A stretch of 64,000 bases of DNA from Zootoca vivipara (lineage: Eukaryota), in NCBI RefSeq assembly GCF_963506605.1, contig NC_083292.1, positions 35,836,001 to 35,900,000 on the forward strand, read 5' to 3'. Positions within the stretch are counted from its first letter, which is position 1. Each line of letters opens with the position of its first letter. A program made the translations under genes and the position numbers. Below the pieces are notes generated by a model. It saw only the letters and a program-made list of their open reading frames with translations, searched no databases and was not told the DNA's origin. Shown here piece after piece: positions 49,523-60,867 of this stretch.

Positions 49523-50340
49523 AAGTTTCTATTTAAACCAGACCTTTATCTGGAACAATGCATGCAGAAATCTTTCTTTCTTTTTCTTTTCCAGAGGAAG
49601 GACCATTACTCATTAACAGAACATATGTTTTGCATTCGATCCCTGAAATATGCAGGTTGGGCTGGGGAAAAATCTCTCATCTGAAGCCCTAGAGAGCCTC
49701 GGACAGTCAGAGAAGACAATACTGAACTCAATGGATCAATTTTAAGGCTGTTTCCTATATTATTACTTTCTTCGTCTGCCAAATCTTCCACGAGAACAAA
49801 TTTATATCAGCCTATGCAATAAATACTTCCCCTATGCCGACTTCTGTTTGTTTTTTATCTTCCTGATTGGATTTGCACAACTTGTGAGAGAATAAGACAC
49901 TCTCACCGCCTCCACCACCCAGGGAAACAAAAATGAATAGTTTTGAAAGAATGCTATAAGATGCAAGAAAGGAAGGGCTATAGTGAATTGTTAGAGCATC
50001 TCCTTTGCATGCAGAAAGTCCTGACTTCATTCCCCAACATCTCCAGGTTAGGTTTGGAAGAAAAACCTTCCTTGATGCCCTGGAGAACTGCAGCCGATCA
50101 AACATTACATTGCTGGACGGATAAAAACTCTGGTCTCGGTGTAAGGCAACCTCCTAAACGTTTGTGTTCAGAAGAAATACATAGAAAACAAGCCAGCCAG
50201 CAACATGGAGGATGTAGGATTCCTGGTGGAATAGCAACATACCCCACAACATAATGGAATTTTAGAGTTCGCTTGGAATTTGGTTAGCTGAACCCTCTGA
50301 GCAGTGCAAAGATCCCAACATACATACACATTTGACTTAC

Positions 50341-50427
50341 CAAAGTCTCTGAGCAGTAAAAATGGAGAGAAGGAGATCAAGTCAAGTAAAGCTGTTGGAA
50401 TATCTCAGCCCAAGGAACCCTTTTATA
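50341..50427 (-). promoter_or_regulatory. g6 core promoter and non-coding exon 1
   Basis: TATAAAA 50427-50421, ACAGCTT starting 50395, donor at 50341/50340. Confidence 0.85.
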
Positions 50428-52239
50428 CTCTTTTGACTGTATCCCCTGATGGCCCCACAGCTAACTGGGATACACCCCCTTTCCCTGAGGCTTTAATTAG
50501 CAAGCGATTTATGAATTGCATCATGCCCTCTAATTGTTTTAATAAGGAAGGGAAAACGGGGCAAAAGAGTTCACATTTCCTCTGCTCCCCACAACGCTTC
50601 TTTCCCATTCTCACCCTTTTGATCTTTGCATTCTCATTCTTCCACAAAAGAAGTTAATAAAAAAAAATTAAGAAAATGTAAAGATGCCTTTGTATGTTCA
50701 TTTCGGACAGATCAACAGGTGCTATGGCTTTGAAGAGAATTAAAGTAGCTGGAATGGCTGGAGATTTTATCAGTAGCCTACTTGACTTTCATATCCAAGA
50801 TTTCAGCTGATCATTCTGTTCACAGCACATAGCCAGTTCTTCTCTGCCTCCACTGTCAGAGGTAGCATGCCTCTGAATACCAGTTGCTGGGAATCAGAAT
50901 TGGGGAATGGGACAATGAGTTCCTGTCCTTCTTAGGGGATTCCTATTGACATCTGGTTGACCACTATGAGAACAGAATCTTCCTAATGCTCTAGCGTTCA
51001 TTGACACATAGATGTCACATACACATGTATGATTAAATGTACCCAGTGAAGTGAAATGATTTTGAAGAGTTAGCAAAAAAATCACAATTATTTGAAGCCC
51101 ACCCCCAAATAAAACGATTGAAGATATAAAAGGATAATGTAGGCAGGGATGATGCAAAACATCTGGAGGACCACCACTGTATTAGACACCACTTTCCGCA
51201 CCACTGTCGTACTAGACACAAGTCCCAACCAATCAGGGATCACATATTAAATTCTCTTGTAGTATTAGCCACCCCTAATTTCCTGAATTTCTAGCCCACC
51301 TGTGACTTGTAATGCCAACGTGACTGACACAATGCAAGGGTGAAATTTAATAACGATGCTTTTAAAAAATCCCTTGATAGCCACTTGTTTAAATCTTCAT
51401 CTTTGAGATCTGCATGGGGAATGGGGAATCCTACCCACTATTCCATCAATATGCAAGATCAGATGGGCAGATCGAAGAGCTGGTGCCTTCATGGTGATCG
51501 GTTGAGATCTGTTGGTATCCACACTGTTAGACACTTTCTGAAATGCTAAAGTTATTTTCAACTAGCTCATGTTAGACCTATTGAAAGCAATGGACAGGGT
51601 ATGCCAGGAAATGGGGAATTATGATCACATGTGGTGGAAGTGTAAATATGTACATTTTTTTTTTTTTGCAAAGGGTATTAAAGGAGATAACAGAAATCAC
51701 TGGGTTAAAGCTGACTGAAAGTCCAGAGGTAGCATTATTATCAATTTATGATGGAGTGGAAGGTTTGCAGGCTATGAATAACTTGGTCACAAATTTACTG
51801 ACAGCTGCACGACTTATTATAGCTAAGAAGTGGAAGGGGCAAGCAGAATATAAAATGGAAGAATGGTCTATATGGGATATAGCTGTTAATGATAAATTAA
51901 CGTGTCATTGAGGTAAGACGGGAAATATACAGGAGAAATTATTTTGAGGAAATATGGAGGGTGTTTGTAGAATTTGTACTGTTAAAACAGAAAGGGGTCA
52001 AACCATCACAAGAGGTGTTGAAATTTTGGGAGGTTGGATAGTTACAATGGGATGGTCTCAGTGGTGGGGTGCACATTTTTATTCTTATTTATTTATGAAT
52101 ATTACATTGTAGAAGAAGAAGAAGAAGAAGAAGAAGAAGAAGAAGAAGAAGAAGAAGAAGAAGAAGAAGAAGAAGAAGAAGAAGAAGAAGAAGAAGACAA
52201 CGAAAGCAATGGACAAGTCAGTCAACATCATGCATTTTG

Positions 52240-52484
52240 TTTTTGGTTTTTTAAATTCATCTTTATTTCTTATTAAAAAATCACAAATCCACACAAATCA
52301 ACACAATATAACATAACATAACATAATCAAACATAATCAATAATAAACACATCAACACATCAAGAAAAAGGAAAAAAAAACAAAAATAGAAGAATGAAAA
52401 AATAAAACAAAAAAGGGAGGAAAGTAACAACAACAACAAAATACAGGTTAAAAAAATAACTTCCAAACATTTAATATCGGTTCC
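52240..52484 (-). mobile_element. Short L1-type 3' UTR/poly-A insertion (right arm only)
   Basis: 11-bp TSD CATGCATTTTG (52229-52239, 52485-52495); empty site at ~15685. Confidence 0.7.
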
Positions 52485-53572
52485 CATGCATTTTGATGGA
52501 ACTTTCCTGAGAATGAGTTTATTGGATGCAACCCATCATAATTTCAGCTATGTTTGTGTGTGGCTTGTCGCTCTTAAATTAGCATGTTCTAAACTACAGA
52601 TTCGGAATACATGCCATACATTTTCTTGGCTTCCCAATATGCAAGTTTTAATTGCTTTTAAAGCTGCCTTTTTAAAAAGAAAAAAGTAGTGTTTTCTTTT
52701 TGGTTTCAACTTAGTACTGATTTTATATATCTGGTTTAGATGCTTACCATTATTTTGCTTGGGTTTTCTTTTTTTTAACCACACATGCACACAGACACTA
52801 TCTTCTATTGAAGTTGGAACAGCCCCCTCCCACTGATGCCACCCAGAAGACCACTCCAGATTAACTCTAGATTTTTGCCAGGCTGAAGGAAACAACTCTG
52901 ACCTCCTAGGACAAGTGAAGAAGATAACATATGAGCCCTGAAGCTGGATCAAACCAAAGGCCCATGTTGTCCAGCATCCTCTTTCCTGCAGTGGTCAACC
53001 AGATGCACAAGTAGAACATAGGGACCATAGCTCTTTCTCACTATTGTTCTCTTCCAAGTGGCATTGGTGCTCTCAGGTCCTAATTGTGAGTTCCCCATTG
53101 AGGCTTCTGGTTCTGCACTGGTAATACAAGATGCTGAATTAGATGGTCCTTTGGCCTCATCCAGCAGGGCTTTTCTGATGTGCTCAAGGCATTCAAGGAC
53201 ACCAATTTAATCTGATACCGGAGATGTCTCAGAACGTGTATGCAAAAAGCTTTGATCATGTCCTAGAGTCCCCTACACTGATGAAAGAGCTTTGATGATC
53301 TCCATCTCCTCCCTCTGGGTGTTTCTGATTTAAAACAGCAGATAAACTAGAGCAATTTGACTCAAGGTCAGCAAAATTAAAAGGAAGGGAGAGGGCAACA
53401 AACTGGTGTCAAGACTATTTGTGTTGCATTATTGCAACCACTTAATTTTGTGACCTCCCTCTTTTGTGCTTAGTAAAGTACTTTTGCACATGAAATTGTT
53501 GACAACTAAATAAAATGTTACGGTAGCTGGAAAGAGGCAGTCTCTTGGTCACAGGAGTGGCTGACAGAACGG

Positions 53573-53654
53573 TATAAAAATGGAAACTTCTCCCAGTTCC
53601 TCCAACAGCTTCATCTGACTCTCTGGTCTTCATTACATCTTCTCAAAGAAGCAG
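53573..53654 (+). promoter_or_regulatory. g7 core promoter and non-coding exon 1
   Basis: TATAAAA 53573-53579, ACAGCTT 53605-53611, donor CAG|GTAAGT 53654/53655. Confidence 0.85.
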
Positions 53655-54534
53655 GTAAGTCCATTTTCTAGGGGAAATGTTTCCGAATTTATCAAAAATT
53701 AAGACTAGATTGATTTTTCAGCTTCACACTTTCTAAGTGCATTTAATATGATATTGCTAGAAGAAAATCTAATTAAGCATTTTTAAGGAAGATGCGACCA
53801 GCATTTTTAAGGAAGATGCGACCAGCTCTCCATTTTCTTCCTTCCTTCCTAAATGATATTTACATATACACTTCTGCTTTTGCAGCAAAAAAACCTCTGC
53901 ATTTTACTCAAAAGTAAACTCAACTGTGATGTGCTTACTCTCTGGTAAAAAGACAAAGGATGGCTGTCTTATTTTTTCTCAAGCTCATCCCCAACTTGCT
54001 GGATAATGGTCCAGTATGTTCAAGATATATGTTGATAGCATTGTTGATAAAACATGCCTTTTTTTAAAAGAAACTTACTGGGTTATCTCAGCATTTTTTA
54101 TATTTCCAAACATCAGTATTGGGGGTAGCCAGCATAGAACTAGATGTTGTGGATTAAAACGACAAGACAAGGGGTCATTCATTAGTGGTCCATCCCCATG
54201 TTTTGCATGTACAAGGTCCCAAGATCAGTCCCTTACATCTTCAGTGGGGCCAGTAATGTCCCCTCTCTGGACGCAGGAGAGTCATTGACAATCAGTGTAA
54301 ACAATATTGACAATAAATACCTCATTAAGTATATGGCAACTAATCTTCTCATCACCCTTAGCTCAGAGGCTGCAGAGGGGAGAAGCTGGGAAAGAAGAAG
54401 CACCAGGGGAGAGAGAGCTGACAGACTCAGTGTCTTTAGAAAGCATTCCAGGAAACCCACCCACCCCCCGGACCTAGAGGGCATTGAAATAAGAGAACAG
54501 AAAGCTCAGGGGCACAAAGCACAGATCAGCCAAC

Positions 54535-54950
54535 ATTGTTGTTTAGTCGTTCAGTCGTGTCCGACTCTTTGTGACCCCATGGACCAGCGCAAGCCAGGCA
54601 CTCCTGTCTTCCACTGCCTCCTGCAGTTTGGTCAGACTCATGTTGGTGGCTTCGAGAACACTGTCCGATCATCTCATCCTCTGTCGTCCCCTTCTCCTTG
54701 TGCCCTCCATCTTTCCCAACATCAGGGTCATTTCCAGGGAGTCTTCTCTTCTCATGAGGTGGCCAAAGTATTGGAGCCTCAGCTTCATGATTTGTCCTTC
54801 CAGTGAGCACTCAGGGCTGATTTCCTTCAGAATGGATAGGTTTTATCTACTTGCAGTCTCAAGAGTCTCCTCCAGCACCATAATTCAAAAGCATCAATTC
54901 TTCGGCGATCAGCCTTCTTTATGGTCCAGCTCTCACTTCCATACATTCCA
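54535..54950 (-). mobile_element. BovB 3' fragment in g7 intron
   Basis: Mirror of 13010-13410, retains the (CAA)n tail. Confidence 0.9.
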
Positions 54951-55337
54951 ACGTAGGGGTGACATATAATAGGAGAGACAGAGGGGGTGGGGTTTCACTC
55001 AGAGCAATGACATTAACCCGAGATGATACGTTTCTAAGTCTCTCTGTGTGAACATTGAATAAAATACCTTGGTAAGAACGTCTTGTCTATCTATTGCTGG
55101 CAGCCTGCCGTGAGGGAGGGGGATTGGATTCCCTGAAGCCTGACACTTCCCTTCTTCTCTTTCCATGGTTCATTTTGCATATCTTTTATCCCTGCATATT
55201 TTACAAAAAAACCTATATCAATGGGTTTTCCATTATTATATCCATCAAAAATTATTTGCACTGTTGAATTTATCTTCATGCTGCCAGAGTTTTCAGCTGT
55301 ACACATGCAATTTTATGTTTTAGTTTCATCTTCAGCC

Positions 55338-55826
55338 ATGGCTTTCTGTGGCCCATCCTGTGCTGTCCCATCCTGTGCTTCCACCCCCACCGTTGGATTT
55401 GGATCTGCAGCTCTTCATAGACGCGGAAGTCTTGGCTACGGATACGGAGGTCTTGGCTACGGCTATGGAGGTCTCGGCTATGGTTATGGAGGTGCTGAAA
55501 GAGCAGCCAATCTCGGTGTCCTGGACGGAGTCATCCCTTCATGCGTCAACCAGATCCCACCAGCAGAGGTCGTCATCCAGCCACCTCCCACTGTCTTGAC
55601 CATCCCAGGGCCCATCCTCTCTGCCAGCTGCGAGCCTGTGTCTGTTGGAGGCAACACTCCATGTGCTGTTGGTGGTTCCGGGATCGTAGGGGGTTATGGC
55701 TATGGAGGGTGGGGCTATGGGTCTGGCCTCCTTGGAAGCTCTGGGGGCTGGGGCTATGGTTTGGGCTCCGGGAAGGGGGCACTCCTTGGAAGGAGGTTTG
55801 GGCGCCGTGGTAGCATCTGTTCATAG
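55338..55826 (+). CDS. Corneous beta-protein g7, 162 aa (protein identical to g2)
   Basis: Translation identical to g2; acceptor AG 55322-55323; AATAAA 56050-56055. Confidence 0.95.
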   Translation: MAFCGPSCAVPSCASTPTVGFGSAALHRRGSLGYGYGGLGYGYGGLGYGYGGAERAANLGVLDGVIPSCVNQIPPAEVVIQPPPTVLTIPGPILSASCEPVSVGGNTPCAVGGSGIVGGYGYGGWGYGSGLLGSSGGWGYGLGSGKGALLGRRFGRRGSICS

Positions 55827-56595
55827 GTCAATTAAACCCGAGAATCATATTACGAACTGATAATCAGAGAGCTTGATACAGATCCATTCACTAAGGTTCA
55901 GAAGACCTGAATCCAAGCAACCGCTGCTGAAGTTGAACCCTCTTAATTCCCCCCTCTGTATTAGGAAGTTGAGAAGACCAAGAACTATCTACAATATGCA
56001 CCTTTTTGCCCTATTGTACAACTATCCTTTCTTTTTCTTTGACCTTTTCAATAAAGCTTGTTCTGCATTCTGATAACCTGTGTGTCTTTGTTTTTAAAAC
56101 TCCACCTCCAGCTTCTCGTAGCAAGGTGCCCAAGGTCTTAAACCCTTTTTTGTCCAAATCAAAATTGGAGTATTGGGGGGGGGGGAGTATCTTTATCTCT
56201 TGCATCCTGAAGGGTTTACATTGAGTGTGGAAAAGGCATGTTATATTCCTCTAGAAATTACTATTCTCCTCTTATTCAACATGAGTACAGGATCTCTCTC
56301 CGGGGCACCCTGACTGGTTATTCATTCAGAGAAATGAATCATAATCAGGGGCCAAATGCAACTTTTTGCTGATTGCTAAAGGTCCAGGGAGGGTGGGTTA
56401 AATAGGTGCAAGGAAGCAGTTGTGCCCCTTCTCCTGATTCCTCTTTGCTGTCATTTGGGGAAGTGGGTCATAATTAAATCATATGACTGGGGGAATAGAT
56501 TTCTCATAACAACAGGGAAGGTTATAGGGTTCAAGAAGAGTCCTTGGTGCGCCTTGATTGGGGGTACATATCAAGTGACCCTCAAGAGTCTAGAC

Positions 56596-57419
56596 CAGGG
56601 GTCAGCAAACTTTTTCATTTTTTTAAAATAAATTTTTATTAGTTTCTTTCTTTCAAAACATTAACACACAACATGTTTACAGAAAAGAAAAGAAAAACAT
56701 TCTACAGTACATACAAAAAAATCTTTAACAATAGAAAAAAAGCAAAAATATAAATTAAACATTCATTCATGTCTTCTCTATGTTGACTTCCAATTTTTCA
56801 CTCTGTAATTTACATATATTATCCTTACTATATCGCACAATTCTTATTCTATTTACTCATTATATTTCCTTTAACTTCAATTTAGGTTCAATTATGTTCT
56901 GCCGTTTGGATTTTGGATATCTTATTATCCAATATATATTCACCAAAGATCCTCCATTCCTTTTTGTTTTGTTTTGTTTCGTTTGCCCTCTAATTCTTCC
57001 AGTAAATTTTGCTAGCTGTGAGTATTCTTTCATTAGAATTGTTCCTTCTAAATATAATTCCAGAGGATATTAAAAGTGCAAATAGAACGCTGTTAATGTA
57101 TGGAATAGTAGCGGCAAGAGTATTAGTCACAAGAAACTTGAAAAGCAAAAACACACCCAGCATACTAGATTGGCAAATTTTAATGAAGGATCGGCAAAGT
57201 TTTTCAGCGGGGGGCCAGTCCACCGTCTCTCAGACTTTGTGGTGGGCCGGACTATTTTTTTTTGGGGGGGGGGGTGGATGAACATATTCCTATGCCCCAC
57301 AAATAACCCAGAGATTTTAAATAAAAGCACACGTTCTACTCATGTAAAAACACGGTGATTCCCAGACCATCCGCGGGCCGGATTGAGAAGGCGATTGGGC
57401 CCTAGTTTGCCTATCTATG
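56596..57419. mobile_element. hAT MITE with nested inverted L1 fragment (mirror of 10548-11390)
   Basis: TSD GTCTAGAC. Confidence 0.75.
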
Positions 57420-57427
57420 GTCTAGAC

Positions 57428-57563
57428 CAGGCATAGGCAACCTTGGCTCTCCAGATGTTTTGGAACTACAACTCCCATGATACCTAGCTAACAGGGCCAG
57501 TGCTCAGGGATCATGGGAGTTGTAGTTCCAAAACATGTGGAGAGCCAAGGTTGCCTATGCCTG
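57428..57563. mobile_element. 136-bp hAT MITE (right arm only)
   Basis: TIR CAGGCATAGGCAACCTTGG, 8-bp TSD GTCTAGAC. Confidence 0.85.
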
Positions 57564-57989
57564 GTCTAGACATTACTGGACTCCAGCTCCTGTCATCCCT
57601 GTCCTTGGGTCAGGATTGCTGGATCTGGTGCAAGTTAGAGTCCAACAACTTTTGCAGAGTCAGAGCTTCCCCATCCCATCCCATCCCATACCTAAAAGCA
57701 TGAAGTGGGAGTGACAAGTCTTGTCCTAATGGTGAGAACTATGGACTCGGAAAGGACAGAGGAAGAGAAGAAGAGAGAGCCCTGTTGGGTCAGGTCAAAG
57801 GCCTTTCTTGTGCAGCATCCTGTTCTCAAAGTAGCCAATCAGTTGCCTATGCCAAATATGTTTCCGTATAATCAGATAGGAATAACCATGTTATCACATC
57901 ATTGCAGTGTGAAAGTGCCTATCTAATCAAAAAGTCAAGGAGGAGAGAGGGAGAGAATAGAGATCCTTAAGTTTAATGAGGACATATAA

Positions 57990-58342
57990 TGTCTGGCTCG
58001 AGGGATTTTCTCCTCCCCCAGTAGCATCAAGGAAGAAACAAGAAAGTTCGTATTTATGGTTTTATTCAGTCATCGTGGTGAAAGGCAAATAATTCCAGTC
58101 TTTAACTCCATACTGACGTTGCTCACTCTGATCTCCTCCCCTTCCTTCCCCAGCAACAGCCTGTGGCTCAGCAACACTCCTGAGGGGGGCCTCAGGAGTC
58201 AAATGTTGTTGAGCCCTTGGCTCTTGAATTCTCGTTGAGCGGCGAGTATGTGGGGATGGTGGAGATTCTGTGCTTTCCAAGGACATCTCTGCTGGCAGTT
58301 CTCCAACTCCCACTCCTTCTTCTGACACCTCATAACTTGGCA
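57990..58342 (-). mobile_element. 5'-truncated copy of the 9267-9771 solo LTR, now in the g8 3' UTR
   Basis: Reverse complement of 9437-9771; AATAAA at 58066-58061. Confidence 0.8.
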
Positions 58343-58415
58343 AATCTAAAATGAGACATAAATAGTCCACCCCAGATCTCTTTTTCTTTCCTCCTTGCTG
58401 ACAGACCGTGAGAGC

Positions 58416-58925
58416 TTAGCAGGGGGTATAGCAGATGCTGCCTCTACGCCCCACAAACCCATAACGGCCACGGCCCCCCAAAGCACCAGAGCTAGACCCC
58501 AGAAGACCTGCACCACCATAGAGACCTCTGCCAAATCCACTGCCAAATCCACTGCCAAATCCGGATCCATAACCGCCAGCAGCACATGGGGTGTTGCCTC
58601 CGACAGACACAGGCTCGCAACTGGCAGAGAGGATGGGTCCTGGGATGGTCACGATGGAGGCGGGTGGCTGGATCACGACCTCTGCTGGTGGGATCTGGTT
58701 GACGCATGAAGGCTGGACTCCAGAAAGAATACCAAGACTAGCAGAAGGGACGCCGGATCCAACCAGGGCACCGGAGCCAAAGCCATAACCAGAACCATAG
58801 CCAAATCCACAGCCAAGGCCACCGCCAAGGCCACTGCCAAGGCCAACAAGACCGGCTGATCCAAAACCAACGACTGGGGTGGAAGCACAAGATGGGACAG
58901 CGCAGGATGGTCCACAGGAAGCCAT
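58416..58925 (-). CDS. Corneous beta-protein g8, 169 aa
   Basis: Paralog of g4/g5; acceptor ending 58934; intact ORF. Confidence 0.93.
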   Translation of the reverse strand: MASCGPSCAVPSCASTPVVGFGSAGLVGLGSGLGGGLGCGFGYGSGYGFGSGALVGSGVPSASLGILSGVQPSCVNQIPPAEVVIQPPASIVTIPGPILSASCEPVSVGGNTPCAAGGYGSGFGSGFGSGFGRGLYGGAGLLGSSSGALGGRGRYGFVGRRGSICYTPC

Positions 58926-59691
58926 GGTTGAGTCTGGAAAGACATAGGCAGGCACATATGTAACATCATATCCAAGAAACAAGCAATGAAAACTATGGGT
59001 TGCATCCAACCACCAATCTGAGTAGACATGTCCATTGATTTAAATGGGTCTGCTTAAATTATGACAAGCATGGGAACCAAGCCTCTGATTTTTCAATTTC
59101 TTTAACCCTGCAAAGCTTCATTCGTTACATACCGATATACTTACTCCAGAACAATGTTTTTTTTCATATATTCTTTAACACAACCCCGTTCTTTTGCTCA
59201 TTTTTAGTCCGTTTGTCCACCTTGAGGATGGTGTAAATCTTGCCAAATTTATATATTCACAAAGTTTAATTTGCCATTCTTTTATTGATGGGATTTCCCT
59301 CCCTTTCCAATATTTTGCTATGAGCATCCTGGCAGCTGTTGTTGCATAGAGGAATACTTTCCTTTGATTGCCAGGAATATCGTTTGTAATTACACCTAAA
59401 TTATACCAGTCTTTGGGGGCCAGTGGAAACATTTTATTTTTGAAAATAGTTACTATAGGGGTGGGGAGGCATGGCCTATCAGAAATCAGCAGCATGCTTC
59501 TAAATACCAGTTGCTGGAAAATCCAGAAAGGGAGATTGCAATTGCATGTGGATCTTATGGGTGGGTTTTCAACAGGCATCTGATTGGCCTATGTGAGAAC
59601 AGGATGCTGAACTCAATGGGCCATTTGCCTGATCCAACAGCAGTTCCCAATACTGCTATTTAGATGAGGATCCTGGAATAAATCTCTACCC

Positions 59692-59827
59692 CAAGCATCC
59701 CCAAACTGCGGCCCTCCAGATGTTTTGGCCTACAACTCCCATGTTCCCTAGCTAACAGGACCAGTGGTCGGGGAAGATGAGAATTGTAGTCCAAAATATC
59801 TGGAGGGCCGAAGCTTGGGGATGCCTG
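59692..59827. mobile_element. 136-bp hAT MITE in g8 intron (absent from g5)
   Basis: Ends CAAGCATCCCCAA / TTGGGGATGCCTG, 8-bp TSD CTCTACCC. Confidence 0.85.
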
Positions 59828-60783
59828 CTCTACCCCCTCCCACACAGAATTACATCTCTGTTTCCAAAGAGAGAAGAAATATTAAATCAGTTTTAGGTTT
59901 GTATCATAGGTAGACACTCCAAGCATATAGAATAAAACATGCTGAGAATGTGGAATTCTAAATCCCCAGCTAACTGTTGAAAGGCGTTGGAAATTCAAAA
60001 GAGCTAGACATGTGTGTGGAAGTCTAAGAGAAATACTTCAAAGGAACTAGGTAGCACAAATACACCATGAAGATTTAGTATAAATGTGCATTGGTATTTA
60101 AAATCTCTGAGACAAGTCCTACGTTGGCAGGTATAAGTAAATGGGAGCAAACTGGAGCTCCTTCTGAGATGAATCAGTGTAACTATTCTAAAAGCTCTCC
60201 ATAAAGTAATATTTCATAGAATCACAGAACTGTAGCTTTTTACACCATCAATTCCTATAGCCATCAATTCAGACCTCCAGTGTAGGAGATATTGACTACC
60301 CAACTCTCTAGTCGATCACTTCCTTCATCAAACCAATCGGTTTCTTTGGGGAAGGATTCTGGCTCTGTTTAAAGCATCTACTTTGTAGGCAGAAGGCCCT
60401 GGTTCAATCCCCAGCATCTTCAGGTAGGGTTGGCAGATACACCCAATGTGGAACCCAGTATAGACCAGTTGTGGGGAATCTTTTACCCTCCAGGGACTGC
60501 TGAACTACTACATCCATCATCCCTGGCCATTGGCCATGCTTGCTAAGGATGACAGGAGACATAGCTCAGCAACCTCTGGAGGACCAAAGGTTTCCCACTC
60601 TTGGTGTATCCCACTCCTGGTGTAGACAATAATGAGCTAGATAGACCAATCATCTGAATTGATATAAGGCAGCTTCCTGTGCTCCTTGCTTTCCTACAAA
60701 CTGTGCTATGTCCAACCAATATTGACCTTCCTCTAGTTTTTACCCATTCGATCTATGCAAGGACTTGGACAAGCCAAGCTTAC

Positions 60784-60867
60784 CTGTGTTGTTTTGATGA
60801 GTGGGAAGTTGAGAGATGATGAGAGGTGAAGCTGTTGGTGAGCCGTGGAAGAAGGAGAGCTTTTATA
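60784..60867 (-). promoter_or_regulatory. g8 core promoter and non-coding exon 1 (same type as g5)
   Basis: TATAAAA 60867-60861, ACAGCTT starting 60835, donor at 60784/60783. Confidence 0.85.

Larger units (their letters stand above)
39382..58342 (-). repeat. Right arm of ~19-kb inverted segmental duplication (contains g5 coding exon, g6, g7)
   Basis: Reverse complement of 9437-28299 apart from arm-specific TE insertions and indels. Confidence 0.95.
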
